Counted from the stretch's first letter, positions 1 to 10,704 are shown. The stretch: DNA of 44,273 nt from a candidate division WOR-3 bacterium (GCA_965649215.1 CBFGJZ010000003.1:1-44273), one strand, 5' to 3'. A program made the numbers and translations. Notes: generated by a model not told the origin, from the sequence alone.

Positions 1-5
1 GTAAA

Positions 6-1997
6 TTGCCCATTCGGCCGCTTAAGAGAAAGTTTAAAGGTCAAATTATTGATGACTTACTATCCTTGCATAAAGGGGATTTTGTCGTTCATATTGATTA
101 TGGTATCGGTATTTTTGAAGATGTGGTAACTCTTAAAGTTGATGATCATCTCAAAGATTTTCTTTTGATTAAGTATGCACAAAGTCAGAAGCTATATGTT
201 CCTCTTGAAAATATTGGTTTGATTGAACGCTATATTGGAGAAGACACCCACCCACCGTCCTTAAGTATCATTGGTTCTCGGCGTTGGATTTTAACTAAAT
301 TGAAAGTTGCTCGTCAAATTGAAGCTTATGCTCAAGAATTAATCACTCTTTATGCACGTCGCCAACTTGCCAAAAAAGAAAATTATTTTAACGATTCGGA
401 GTGGCAAGCGCAATTTGAAACCGATTTTGAATATGCCGAAACGCCCGATCAACTTCGAGCTTGGCTCGACGTTAAAAAAGATTTAGAAAGTCCAAAACCA
501 ATGGACCGCTTGATTTCGGGTGATGCGGGTTTTGGTAAGACCGAAATCGCTTTACGAGCGGCTTTTAAAGTCGCAAGTAATTTTAAACAAGTAGCAATTT
601 TAGTGCCAACCACGATTTTGGCTTACCAGCACTATCAGACTTTTTGCCGTCGTTTTGCTCGTTTTCCGTTTCGAATAGAAATGTTATCTCGCTTCGTTAC
701 GCCATCAAACAAAGCAAAAATTATCTCAGATCTAAGAAATGGCCAGATTGATATCATCATCGGTACCCAGGCTTTATTAAACTCTAAAATTAAGTTTAAA
801 GATTTAGGACTCTTGATTATCGACGAAGAGCATAAATTTGGGGTCAAACAAAAAGAACAAATTAAAAAATTGAAAGCCAATTTAGATGTTTTAACAATCA
901 CCGCAACACCAATACCTCGTACTTTGTACCGTACTTTAATTGGGATCGCTGATATTTCGTTAATCAACACCCCACCGGCTGGTCGTCAAGACATAATTAC
1001 CACAGTAATTAATTGGAATGACGACTATATTAGGGAGCGTATTGATTATGAATTAAACCGTGGTGGGCAAGTGCTTTTTATTCACAATCGCATTCAAACC
1101 ATTCAACAGACCAAACAAAAACTCCACCGGCTTAAGCATGACTGGCGAATTGCCCTCGCGCATAGCAAGATGTCCGAACGGTTACTTGCTAAAATCTATC
1201 TTGAATTTCTTGCTAAGAAGTATGATATTTTAGTTTCTACCGCAATTATTGAATCGGGCATTGATATGCCTAATGTTAATACTATAATCATTGACCGCGC
1301 TGAATTATTTGGACTGGCTGATTTACATCAATTACGAGGTCGAGTCGGTCGTTCTAATCAACAGGCTTATTGTATTTTTATTGTTCCTAAAGAAAAAACG
1401 CCTGAGTCTGAGTTTTGTTGTCAGTCAAGATCTAAAGCAACCTATCAGACTCGATTAGACACAATTCTGGCTTATGCCCAATTGGGTTTAAGTTTTCGTT
1501 TAGCGATGCGTGATTTAGAAATGCGAGGGGTTGGTAATATTTTAGGTACGCAACAACATGGTAATATCGCTTTGATTGGTTTTAATCTATATCAACAAAT
1601 GCTTAACAATGCCATTGCCCAATTAAAGGGTGAAGAAATTGATGCCGAACCGATTTTATCATTAGACACAACTGCTTATATCCCCCCTGAATATATTTCG
1701 GATTCTTTTCTGCGCGTCGCTATTTATAAACGCTTGCTTTCTATTAAAAACAAACAAGAACTTAATGAGCTAATTGCGGAAATTCAAGACCGCTTTGGTC
1801 AATATCCTAAAGTGCTCAAAAATCTTTTTACGATTGCTGAAATCAGGTTGATGGCAAAACAACTGAAAATTTCTAAGGTTGTCTTAAAGCATAATCAAAT
1901 TACGATTTACCACGCTAATCAAACTGTTTCTGCTCACGGAGATCTAAACACCTTGCACAAGACTTTAACCGCATACTTGGCACAATCTTATCGGTGA
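6..1997 (+). CDS. mfd: Transcription-repair coupling factor Mfd, 5'-truncated by the window edge
   Basis: CarD/RID-like GDFVVHIDYGIG, then ETPDQ, Walker A GDAGFGKTE, DEEH, LHQLRGRVGRS and TRG motif DLEMRGVGNILG, then C-terminal TRCF domain. The N-terminal half is missing, so the true start lies upstream. Confidence 0.97.
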   Translation: MPIRPLKRKFKGQIIDDLLSLHKGDFVVHIDYGIGIFEDVVTLKVDDHLKDFLLIKYAQSQKLYVPLENIGLIERYIGEDTHPPSLSIIGSRRWILTKLKVARQIEAYAQELITLYARRQLAKKENYFNDSEWQAQFETDFEYAETPDQLRAWLDVKKDLESPKPMDRLISGDAGFGKTEIALRAAFKVASNFKQVAILVPTTILAYQHYQTFCRRFARFPFRIEMLSRFVTPSNKAKIISDLRNGQIDIIIGTQALLNSKIKFKDLGLLIIDEEHKFGVKQKEQIKKLKANLDVLTITATPIPRTLYRTLIGIADISLINTPPAGRQDIITTVINWNDDYIRERIDYELNRGGQVLFIHNRIQTIQQTKQKLHRLKHDWRIALAHSKMSERLLAKIYLEFLAKKYDILVSTAIIESGIDMPNVNTIIIDRAELFGLADLHQLRGRVGRSNQQAYCIFIVPKEKTPESEFCCQSRSKATYQTRLDTILAYAQLGLSFRLAMRDLEMRGVGNILGTQQHGNIALIGFNLYQQMLNNAIAQLKGEEIDAEPILSLDTTAYIPPEYISDSFLRVAIYKRLLSIKNKQELNELIAEIQDRFGQYPKVLKNLFTIAEIRLMAKQLKISKVVLKHNQITIYHANQTVSAHGDLNTLHKTLTAYLAQSYR

Positions 1998-2049
1998 TGT
2001 TTTTGCTTATTGACATTTATTAATTTTTTCTATTAAATATAGCCACTTT

Positions 2050-2739
2050 ATGCTCATTATCTTAATATGGGTAGTAACTCTTATTTTTGCTAGTCTCTCA
2101 ATTCCTTATTACATACGAAAATATCGGCGTCCGGATTTAGCCATAGCCTTTTATGTACTCTACCTCACTTTGTCTCAGCTTATGGCCAGTAAAATTGCCA
2201 GTTTCAATTTGATTTTCACAACTTTTAATGCGCCAGCGGCAGTTTTAATCTTTCCTTTTACTTTTCAAATTACTGATATTGTAAATGAAGCATTTGGTCG
2301 TTTCGAAGTTCACCGGATGATTTTTATTTGTTTTATAAGCCAAGTTTTAATGACCTTTTTTTTATTATTAGCGACCAATCTTACACCTGCACCATTTTGG
2401 CCTCATCAAGTATCTTGGCAAAATATCATCTCTTTAGTGCCCCGCATTACCTTGGCTAGCTGGATTGCTTATTTAGTTAGTGAAAATTTAGATGCTTATT
2501 TATATGCGACCTTAAAAACCCTAACTCGCAACCGCTATCTCTGGTTAAGAAATATCTTTTCAGACATTCCCAGTTTAGGTGTTGACTCATTCATCTTTGT
2601 AACCCTTGCTTTTTGGAAAGTCATGCCGATTTGGCCATTAATCTGGGGTCAATTAGTTTTAAAGTGGATTATTGGTGTTGTTGATACTCCATTGATGTAT
2701 CTCAGTCGCAGAGTCCTCTACCCCAAAATTATAAAATAA
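2050..2739 (+). CDS. yhhQ: Queuosine precursor transporter (VUT/YhhQ family)
   Basis: Multi-TM protein with FPFTFQITDIVNEAFG, PRITLASWIAYLVSENLD, LWLRNIFS and DSFIFVTLAF motifs typical of VUT/YhhQ. Confidence 0.85.
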   Translation: MLIILIWVVTLIFASLSIPYYIRKYRRPDLAIAFYVLYLTLSQLMASKIASFNLIFTTFNAPAAVLIFPFTFQITDIVNEAFGRFEVHRMIFICFISQVLMTFFLLLATNLTPAPFWPHQVSWQNIISLVPRITLASWIAYLVSENLDAYLYATLKTLTRNRYLWLRNIFSDIPSLGVDSFIFVTLAFWKVMPIWPLIWGQLVLKWIIGVVDTPLMYLSRRVLYPKIIK

Positions 2740-2761
2740 ATTTTCTATCTGCTAATTTATT

Positions 2762-4825
2762 TCAAATAGTGAGATAGGGGAAAAGTTTTGATTTTAATTC
2801 CTCGGGTATTTTCTCATATTTTGCAAATTGCATTGAATGAGAAACTCGACCTTGAGTTAATGAGCGGAGAGTTGTAGCATAACCAAAAGTTTCGGCTAAC
2901 GGTACTAACCCGTGGATAATTTTATGTCCTTTCACAGTTTCCATATTTATCACTCTCCCTCGTCTTGATACTAAATCTGCAATAACGCTACCAACATACA
3001 TATCCGGTGCAACAATTTCAATATCCATAATCGGTTCTAAGAAAGTTGGTTCACTCTTCAAAAATGCTTCTCGGAAAGCAATCGATGCCGCAATCCGAAA
3101 TGACAACTCCGATGAATCAACTTCATGATAAGCGCCATCAATCACTTCCACAGTGATGTTCGTAATCGGATAACCGGCTAATTGACCCGATTCAATACTT
3201 TCTCTAATGCCTTGTTCAATCGCAGGATAAAAATCTTTTGGAATTCTTCCTTCTTTAATATTATTTACAACATAAACACCGCTTTCAACAGGTTGAATCT
3301 TTAAAACGACAACTCCAAACTGTCCATGTCCGCCGGTCTGGCGAATAAATCTGCCTTCAGCGGTTGCTTCAATTGTCGCAGTTTCCCGATATGAAACTTG
3401 TGGTTTGCCAACATTAGCACTAACTCCAAATTCCCTTTGCAAACGGTCAATAATAATATCCAGATGCAATTCACCCATTCCAGCAATAATCATCTCGCCC
3501 GTTTCCGGATTAGTCCGAACTTTAAAAGTTGGATCTTCAACTTGCAGAGCATTCAAAGCCGCAGTTAGTTTGGGTTCATCGGCTTTGGTCTTAGGTTCAA
3601 CCGACATAAAAACAACCGGTTCCGGGAATTCCATCGGTTCAAATGCAATCGGATGTAAAAAATTACATAAAGTATAACCAGTTTTAATATTTTTAAGACC
3701 CACGACCACGCCAATCTCGCCTGCGGATAACTTTTCTACCTCTTCTTTCTGATTAGCATGCATGAGTAAGATTTTCATCACGCGAACTTTTTCCATAGTA
3801 GGAACCACTAAAACCATATTTCCCTTTTCTATTTTACCAGAATAGACACGAATATACGATAAAAATCCCTGATGGGGATCATTGGCAATCTTAAAAATCA
3901 AAGCCGAAAATGGTGATTTAATATCAGTTGAGCGGGTCTCAACTTGATTAGTTTTTGGATTAATCCCTTTAATTGGTGGTATCTCTGCTGGGGAGGGCAA
4001 AAAATCAACTATTGCATCCAATAACTTTTGCACCCCTTTATTACGAAACGAACTACCGCATAAAACCGGCACGACTTTAAAACTCAAAGTTGCGTTGCGA
4101 ATGGCTTGAATAATATCTTGTTGGGTTAATTCGATATTATGATAATATTTCTCCAAAATCTGTTCGTTAAAATGAGACAAAATATCAATCATCTTTTCCC
4201 GATACTCTTTAGCGGTTTTTTGTAACGCAGCAGGAATATCAATAATATTATACTCAGCCCCTAAAGTCTCATCTTTCCATACTATCCCTTGCATTGCGAT
4301 CAAATCAACTACTCCAATAAACTCATCTTCAACTCCGATGGGAATCTGAATTGGTAAGGGAATCAAAGAAAATTTCTCTTGCATCATTTTTACGACACGG
4401 AAAAAATCTGCACCGATACGGTCTAATTTATTAATATAAGCAATTCTTGGTACATGATACTTGTCTGCCTGATGCCACACTGTTTCTGACTGCGGTTCCA
4501 CACCACCAACCCCACAAAAAATCACAACTGCTCCATCTAAAACCTTTAATGACCGCTCAACTTCCATCGTAAAATCAACATGTCCAGGCGTATCAATTAT
4601 ATTAATTCGGTGATTACGCCAAAAACAGGTGGTGGCCGCAGCTGTTATTGTGATACCACGTTCCCGTTCTTGCTGCATCCAGTCCATCTGGGTTGAACCT
4701 TCATCAACTTCGCCAATCCGATGAATCCGACCAGTATAATATAAAATGCGCTCAGTCGTAGTTGTTTTACCCGCATCAATGTGCGCGGCAATCCCGATAT
4801 TTCTAATCTTCGCCAAGTATTCCAT
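2762..4825 (-). CDS. fusA: Elongation factor G
   Basis: [64 protein letters not shown]; 687 aa. Confidence 0.98.
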   Translation of the reverse strand: MEYLAKIRNIGIAAHIDAGKTTTTERILYYTGRIHRIGEVDEGSTQMDWMQQERERGITITAAATTCFWRNHRINIIDTPGHVDFTMEVERSLKVLDGAVVIFCGVGGVEPQSETVWHQADKYHVPRIAYINKLDRIGADFFRVVKMMQEKFSLIPLPIQIPIGVEDEFIGVVDLIAMQGIVWKDETLGAEYNIIDIPAALQKTAKEYREKMIDILSHFNEQILEKYYHNIELTQQDIIQAIRNATLSFKVVPVLCGSSFRNKGVQKLLDAIVDFLPSPAEIPPIKGINPKTNQVETRSTDIKSPFSALIFKIANDPHQGFLSYIRVYSGKIEKGNMVLVVPTMEKVRVMKILLMHANQKEEVEKLSAGEIGVVVGLKNIKTGYTLCNFLHPIAFEPMEFPEPVVFMSVEPKTKADEPKLTAALNALQVEDPTFKVRTNPETGEMIIAGMGELHLDIIIDRLQREFGVSANVGKPQVSYRETATIEATAEGRFIRQTGGHGQFGVVVLKIQPVESGVYVVNNIKEGRIPKDFYPAIEQGIRESIESGQLAGYPITNITVEVIDGAYHEVDSSELSFRIAASIAFREAFLKSEPTFLEPIMDIEIVAPDMYVGSVIADLVSRRGRVINMETVKGHKIIHGLVPLAETFGYATTLRSLTQGRVSHSMQFAKYEKIPEELKSKLFPYLTI

Positions 4826-4833
4826 TAGTATCT

Positions 4834-4868
4834 ATATTACTTGACTTCTCAGTCTTGGTCAATATACT
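4834..4868. promoter_or_regulatory. Overlapping divergent sigma70-type promoters
   Basis: Minus strand: TTGACC (4862-4857), 17 bp, TAATAT (4839-4834), 8 nt, fusA ATG. Plus strand: TTGACT (4841-4846), 16 bp, TATACT (4863-4868), 8 nt, ATG at 4877. Confidence 0.6.
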
Positions 4869-4876
4869 TTTATAAG

Positions 4877-5083
4877 ATGAACAGAGAATTATCAATTTTA
4901 GTCGCTACCGCAGCGTCGCTTGGTTTTTTTCATACTTTGTTTGGAGGGGATCACTACCTGCCTTTTATTGTAATGTCTAAATCAGGCCAATGGTCTATAC
5001 AAAAGACAGCCCTTATTACATTTCTATGTGGTATCAGCCACATATTTGCGTGTGGACCGGCAATTCAGTTACTCGGTTTATAA
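4877..5083 (+). pseudogene. N-terminal stub of a UreH/HoxN-like (nickel/cobalt transporter-type) membrane protein
   Basis: TAASLGFFHTLFGGDHYLPFIVMSK...ITFLCGISH resembles the first two TM helices (GxxHxxxxDH, GxxH) of this family. The frame ends after 68 codons. Confidence 0.6.
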
Positions 5084-5099
5084 TTATTTCATCAAAAAT

Positions 5100-6461
5100 A
5101 TGTTTAATCGAAAACCCCTCAATTACTTCCTATTTTATTTAATAATTTCACCAGCTTTATTATATTGCCAAGTTTATTTTTATTTAGAAAACACAGTCCC
5201 GGTCGGTTTATATCCATCCGCATTAGTAGAAAATCCGCTCAACCGAAAAATATATTGTGCGAACAGCGGTAGTAACTCGATAACGGTAATAGATCAAGTT
5301 ACCACCCAAATCATCACAACGATACGGGTTGGCTCTTATCCATCAAATTTAGTTTATAATCCGATTAGTAATAAAATCTATTGTGCTAACCAAACAAGTA
5401 ATGACATTTCAATAATTGACGGTGTTACCAATGAGGTGCTGAATACAGTTGGAGTTGGCATTCAACCACGTGCTTTAGCTTTTGATTCAGTTCATAATAA
5501 AATCTACTGTGCCAATGCTGGCAGTAATAATGTCAGCGTAATTGATGGCACAAACAATAATCTTGTTGCCACCATCAATGTTGGTAATTATCCCAACGGA
5601 CTGATTTATAACCCTATAAACCAAAAAATCTACTGTGCTAATATGGATAATCACAATATCTCAGTAATTGACGCAACTAATTACAATGTTATCGCAACCA
5701 TTCCGGTCGGTGCATTTCCTCTCTCTCTTGCGTATAATCCAATTAGCAATAAAGTTTATTGCGCAAGTTGGGCAAACGGAAGAATCCATATCATTGATGG
5801 CGCAACTGACCAATTGCTTGACAGTTTAATTTATAACAATTCAGGTCCTCAATCTTTAATTTATTGCCCATATAACAAAATTGCCTATGTCAATTTCACA
5901 GGCGACAATTTCAAAATTATTGATGGCAGCACCAATGCAATTATTGGTAATCTCCAATTTGCTGTAGGGACTCGTCCTTTTCTATTGCATCACTCATTAG
6001 GTAATTTTACCTATTGTGCTAATATTGGTTCCAATAAGGTATATGTTTTATCTTCAACAAATGTATTTGATAGTCTTCCTATCGTTTACCCTTATGCCAT
6101 ACTTGGCAGTTGGATAAGTGGCGGAACCAGAGTTTTTATAACCGGTCTAAACTCATCTTACTTAAAAGTCTTTCGTTGTAATTTGCCTGGTCTAGAAGAG
6201 GACCAACAATTATCTTTTGATAATAATCACCCTTTCAGTATCCATCCTAATCCTGCATCATCTGTTTTTCGTATCTGTTGTCCTTGGTTAGTAAAGAATA
6301 TTAAGATTTATGATATAACAGGAAAACTCGTAAAAAAACAAGAATTTACTAATCCCAGAACTGGGGAGATGCGAGTTTTAACTGATCAATTGAATTCGGG
6401 TGTGTATTTTATCCAGATTAACAGCCTTCCTCAAATAAATAAAATCAATATTGTAAAATAA
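5100..6461 (+). CDS. Secreted YncE/YVTN-repeat beta-propeller with T9SS-type C-terminal sorting domain
   Basis: Repeats of PxxLxYNPxxNKIYCANxxSNxISVIDG. Tail IHPNPA...IKIYDITGKLVK...GVYFIQI...KINIVK. Signal-peptide-like start at ATG 5100 (ORF track starts at 5028). Confidence 0.85.
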   Translation: MFNRKPLNYFLFYLIISPALLYCQVYFYLENTVPVGLYPSALVENPLNRKIYCANSGSNSITVIDQVTTQIITTIRVGSYPSNLVYNPISNKIYCANQTSNDISIIDGVTNEVLNTVGVGIQPRALAFDSVHNKIYCANAGSNNVSVIDGTNNNLVATINVGNYPNGLIYNPINQKIYCANMDNHNISVIDATNYNVIATIPVGAFPLSLAYNPISNKVYCASWANGRIHIIDGATDQLLDSLIYNNSGPQSLIYCPYNKIAYVNFTGDNFKIIDGSTNAIIGNLQFAVGTRPFLLHHSLGNFTYCANIGSNKVYVLSSTNVFDSLPIVYPYAILGSWISGGTRVFITGLNSSYLKVFRCNLPGLEEDQQLSFDNNHPFSIHPNPASSVFRICCPWLVKNIKIYDITGKLVKKQEFTNPRTGEMRVLTDQLNSGVYFIQINSLPQINKINIVK

Positions 6462-6822
6462 ATCATTTCTTCTATCGTTTCTCAAAAGACAGTTGTCATA
6501 TCTTCACATTTATTTAATTATTATTTATCACAATCTATTGTTTTTATGCTAAGCTTCTCTTAAACAAATGAAATCACAAAACAAATAATATCAATAAATA
6601 GACGGGTTTGTATAAATATAAAAAATTTGTAATAAGCATAAAAATTAATATTCTCTTAACTACTTAATTTAGGTTTGCCAATAAGCGACTATCGAGTCCG
6701 ACTATGATAAAGCAATAGGTGAAGATTTTGCTCGCAAATGGCGTGCCCCTCGACAGTATCCCAGTACTATCAATAAATATTAATTTTCAATGTCGATATC
6801 TAGGAGGGTCATTACAAACAAA

Positions 6823-8112
6823 TTAACTGGCTTTGTTTTTAAAATAAGTAAGTGCTTCACCTGCAATATAGAATGAACCCGTAATAATAATAGGAATTCT
6901 ATTTTTACTTAAGTGTTTAGCAACTTTAATTGCATCTTTCACCGTCTCTGAAGTTTGATAAGATAAAGATTTTTGCCTGCACATTTTAGCAAGTTTTTCA
7001 ATCGGAATGCGGCGGGGATTTTGGGATTGAGTAAGAATGAACCTCTTAGTAATAGGTGATAAGATATCTAATATTCTACTTACTAATTTTCCTTCACTTG
7101 AGCCATAAACGATTATCACTTTTTGTTTAATAATATCGTGTATTATATGATAAAGACTTTGGGCTGATTCAGGGTTATGAGCGCTATCAATTATTATTAG
7201 TGGTTGTTGAGTTATTATTTGACAACGGCCAAGAGGGTTCGCTTTGGCTAACCCCTTTTTTATGCCTTGTTCTGTGAGCCGTACTTCGTGCTTTTTGAAA
7301 TAATTTAAAACCGCCCAAGCGGTTAGGGCATTTTCAATCTGATGTTTACCAATTACTCTTATTTGATAAGTTTTTGTAGTTTGGTTTTGTTCTTGAAAAG
7401 TAAATTTACAACCGTCCAAATTGCTCTTCATCTCTTTGATTGTTATCTTTTCAGGGATGTAATAGTATGGGTTCTTATTCTCTTTGATTTTATTGATTAT
7501 TGATTTCAGAGCTGAATTTTTCTGTGGTGAGATAACAACAAAACTCTGGGGATGGATAATACCTGCCTTTTCTTGGGCAATTTTTTTAAGCGTCCTGCCT
7601 AACAGGTTAAGATGATCAAAACCAATACGGGTAATCACCGCAACTTTGGGATTTACTACATTTGTCGCATCCAAACTACCACCCAGCCCAACTTCTAAGA
7701 TCGTATAATCAACTGACTTTTCTACAAAATATAAGAAAGCGATTGCGGTCATTGCTTCAAAAAATGTAATATTATATTTTTCGGCTTGGCGTTTGATTTT
7801 ATTGACAACTCGGTCTAGGTCTTGTTGTGAAATTGGTTTGTTGTTGACTTTGATTCTTTCTCGAATTGATAAAAGATGGGGTGAGGTGAATAATGCAGTC
7901 TTTAAACCACATGCCCGCAAGCACGATTCAATAAATGTTGCAGTGGAACCTTTACCTTTTGTGCCGGCAATTAAAATGACATTTTTTAAGTTTTGCTCGG
8001 GATTGCCAATGCTTCTAAGAAAATGCTTAAAATTAGCCAGTTTAAAATTATAATCGTATTTGACAAGTTTTTCGTAATTTATTAACGAATTTAGGAATTT
8101 GTTTGTAACCAA
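6823..8112 (-). CDS. folC: Bifunctional folylpolyglutamate/dihydrofolate synthase
   Basis: IAGTKGKGST, FTSPHL..RERI, EVGLGGSLDATNV, DHLNLLG, DSAHNP, ITGSFY. Confidence 0.95.
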   Translation of the reverse strand: MVTNKFLNSLINYEKLVKYDYNFKLANFKHFLRSIGNPEQNLKNVILIAGTKGKGSTATFIESCLRACGLKTALFTSPHLLSIRERIKVNNKPISQQDLDRVVNKIKRQAEKYNITFFEAMTAIAFLYFVEKSVDYTILEVGLGGSLDATNVVNPKVAVITRIGFDHLNLLGRTLKKIAQEKAGIIHPQSFVVISPQKNSALKSIINKIKENKNPYYYIPEKITIKEMKSNLDGCKFTFQEQNQTTKTYQIRVIGKHQIENALTAWAVLNYFKKHEVRLTEQGIKKGLAKANPLGRCQIITQQPLIIIDSAHNPESAQSLYHIIHDIIKQKVIIVYGSSEGKLVSRILDILSPITKRFILTQSQNPRRIPIEKLAKMCRQKSLSYQTSETVKDAIKVAKHLSKNRIPIIITGSFYIAGEALTYFKNKAS

Positions 8113-8118
8113 AAGATT

Positions 8119-8559
8119 TTACTGATAATCGTTATTAAACCCAATCATCAAATCAGCCGAACAAACAAGTTTATCATCAACATAAGCATTGCCCCCAATA
8201 CGTGCGATCTTACTGCGCAAATGTAATAAGTCACAGACAATCTTTAGCTGGTCAGCTGGTCTCACCATATCCTTAAACCGTGCCCGCTCAATTCCTAAAA
8301 ACAAAGATAGTTTAGTGGGGTCGTAATTATCACCCAGGGCTTTCGCAATAAGAATACCTGATGCTTGTGCCATCGCTTCAATAATTAACACGCCGGGCAT
8401 AATCGGATAATTGGGAAAATGTCCGACAAAATAGGGTTCGTTAATCGTAACATTTTTAATCGCAATAACCTGTTTTTCGGTAACCGCCACAATGCGGTCA
8501 ATCAGTAAAAAAGGGTAACGATGGGGTAAAATCTTTTTGATTTGTTCGATATTCATCAT
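8119..8559 (-). CDS. fabZ: 3-hydroxyacyl-ACP dehydratase
   Basis: LPHRYPFLLIDR, KNVTINEPYFVGHFP..PIMPGVLIIEAMAQ. Confidence 0.97.
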   Translation of the reverse strand: MMNIEQIKKILPHRYPFLLIDRIVAVTEKQVIAIKNVTINEPYFVGHFPNYPIMPGVLIIEAMAQASGILIAKALGDNYDPTKLSLFLGIERARFKDMVRPADQLKIVCDLLHLRSKIARIGGNAYVDDKLVCSADLMIGFNNDYQ

Positions 8560-9563
8560 TTAATCTCTCCTTTTTTATCAGGTGTTTTTTCAGTTGGTCG
8601 CATCATCCGCAGCGCTTGTTGAATTAATTTGCCTAATTCTTGTTTTAGTTCCTCAATCCGCGCCACATCACCTTCGCCCTGATAGGCAATTTGGGTTTTC
8701 AGGGGATCTAATACCCGTACTGTAAAATTAATTCGATTACCAGTTTTGGCTGCGCTTCCTAAAATTACATAATCTGCTTGTAACATTAATCCAATCGAAA
8801 ACGCATCTGCATCGGTAACTTGGCTGCTCAACGGAATATTACGACTCAACAGTGCATTATTAATATCACTACTCGTAACCATTCGCACTTTGGGCACACT
8901 TCGCAACAAATCAAAGAGCGACGACCGTATCGCTTCGCCGATATGTTCTTCTTGCGCTGTCTGATTCTCGTTAAAAAACGGAAAGATTGCAACATTTAAA
9001 TCTTTCTCAATTTTAGTCGTAGTCGGTGTAACCATTGTTGCTGTGTATTCCTTATTAAGCTCATTTAGCACTTTATCAGTGATATCTAATGTAACATCCG
9101 CATAGACAATCTTAGTCTCTGAAGCATCAAAAATCATTGTGAAATTCTCTTTATTGGCAATCTGGGTAACCACGGTTTTAATGCGTTGCACAATGGGTGA
9201 CATTAATTCTCGGTTCTTCTGTTCGTATTTACCACCCTTACCCCAGACTTCGACTAAATAATCATCATATCTTTTCTTGTACTGGTTAATCTCTAATTCT
9301 TTAGCACGGATTGCAGCATCTGATAACATCAATTTTTGCTCTTCTAATTCCCGACGAGCATTATCATAGACAGTTTTCAGCGAATCGGCAATCCGATTAA
9401 ACCGATTTACTTCTGCTTCAAAAGCTGATTTCGCATCTTGGGCAGTTCGGTAGTTTTCAATCACATATTTCACATCAACATAGCCAATTTTCTGCTCTTT
9501 GGCTGCATTTAAAAAAGTTATTAAGCCAAACAATAAACTAAAACTGACCCACAAGTATCTCAT
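8556..9563 (-). CDS. ompH: OmpH/Skp periplasmic chaperone with an extra C-terminal alpha/beta (CsgG/FlgO/TolB-N-like) domain
   Basis: Signal peptide, KIGYVD, coiled coil, IFDA...IVYAD..LDITDKVL (Skp). Followed by VAIFPF...IGLMLQADYVILGS...FTVRVLD. Confidence 0.8.
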   Translation of the reverse strand: MRYLWVSFSLLFGLITFLNAAKEQKIGYVDVKYVIENYRTAQDAKSAFEAEVNRFNRIADSLKTVYDNARRELEEQKLMLSDAAIRAKELEINQYKKRYDDYLVEVWGKGGKYEQKNRELMSPIVQRIKTVVTQIANKENFTMIFDASETKIVYADVTLDITDKVLNELNKEYTATMVTPTTTKIEKDLNVAIFPFFNENQTAQEEHIGEAIRSSLFDLLRSVPKVRMVTSSDINNALLSRNIPLSSQVTDADAFSIGLMLQADYVILGSAAKTGNRINFTVRVLDPLKTQIAYQGEGDVARIEELKQELGKLIQQALRMMRPTEKTPDKKGEIK

Positions 9564-10704
9564 AAATTTTTCCTTTCTGATAGCGCTTATCTTTTGCTAA
9601 CGGTAAGCGCAGATAATTATCCGATAAACCACGATTTTGCTCTTCGGCTAATATCTTTAAATACTTTTGATTAAACTTACTTTGATAGGCAATTGCTTTT
9701 TTTCGGCTTAATAAGCGTAATTGAAAAACCCGTTCTTTCTTTTCTTGTCGGCTGACATTGTCGGGTAAAGTTGCTGCCGCGGTACCGTGGCGAACTGAAT
9801 AGGGGAAAATATGCAAATAACCAAATGGCAATTGGTTGACAATTTGTACAGTCTTTTCAAACGACTGTTGGTCTTCTGTTGGAAACCCAACAATAATATC
9901 CGTACCAATATTTATTTCTGGGATCTTTGTGATGATTTTATTTATTAAATGGCAATAATCTTTTATTGTATAATGGCGATTCATCAACTGTAAAATCCGT
10001 TCATCGCCACTCTGTAATGGTATATGTAAATGCCGACACAACCGACCTTGGTGCATTAATCTTTGTAAGGTTTCGATCAATTCATCAGTAATAGTTTCGG
10101 GTTGCAGTGAACTCAAACGAAGTCGATAATTACCATTAGGTAAACTCTTTAATAATTCATTCAATGAATAATTCTGATCTTGACCATAGCAACCTAAATT
10201 AAGTCCTGTTAGAACGATTTCTTGATAACCATAATTTATAAGTTGTGATATTTGCTGTAAGACAATTCTAATTGGGGTTGATTTAACTGGCCCCCGAATC
10301 AAGCAAGCAATACAAAAACTACAATGATTATTACAACCATCTTGTACTTTTAGAAGTGGACGCGACCGAGTTATTTGAGCATAAGGATAATCCCCTAATT
10401 GAAATAACTTAGTTAAAAACGCGCTCTTTTCGTTTTGACTTAACACTAAATCAATACCTTCACACTCCATTAACTTATCTCTTTCCACAGACGCCAAACA
10501 ACCGGTGACAATAAGCCAAGCCTTTTTGGGTTTATCTCTCATTGTTCGACGAATAATTTTCCAGGAAGTTCTCACTGCTTCTTGAGTCACCGCACAAGTA
10601 TTTACAATAAAGATTGGTTTCTTTAAGGTTTCAAACGGATAATTAATTAATAAATCACCTTCGGCTTGGTTTAGACGACAACCAACTGTTTTTACAATGT
10701 TCAT
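9538..10704 (-). CDS. mtaB: Radical SAM tRNA methylthiotransferase, MtaB type
   Basis: TVGCRLNQAE, VNTCAVT, VTGC, LKVQDGCNNHCSFC (CxxxCxxC), HLHIPLQSG, TDIIVGFP, LHIFPYS. Confidence 0.85.
   Translation of the reverse strand: MNIVKTVGCRLNQAEGDLLINYPFETLKKPIFIVNTCAVTQEAVRTSWKIIRRTMRDKPKKAWLIVTGCLASVERDKLMECEGIDLVLSQNEKSAFLTKLFQLGDYPYAQITRSRPLLKVQDGCNNHCSFCIACLIRGPVKSTPIRIVLQQISQLINYGYQEIVLTGLNLGCYGQDQNYSLNELLKSLPNGNYRLRLSSLQPETITDELIETLQRLMHQGRLCRHLHIPLQSGDERILQLMNRHYTIKDYCHLINKIITKIPEINIGTDIIVGFPTEDQQSFEKTVQIVNQLPFGYLHIFPYSVRHGTAAATLPDNVSRQEKKERVFQLRLLSRKKAIAYQSKFNQKYLKILAEEQNRGLSDNYLRLPLAKDKRYQKGKIYEILVGQF

Noticed and set aside
1998-2049. preQ1 riboswitch upstream of yhhQ
   Set aside because: Only 52 bp, filled by a TTGACA promoter-like sequence, with no preQ1 stem or A-rich tail.
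5200-5960. Periodic DNA similarity (..aaaatctactgtgc..) as a CRISPR or tandem array
   Set aside because: It is the coding repeat of the YVTN propeller (~42 aa period) and varies at synonymous positions.
4877-6461. Programmed frameshift fusing the transporter stub to the YncE gene
   Set aside because: The families are unrelated, the downstream gene has its own ATG and signal peptide at 5100, and no slippery site is evident.
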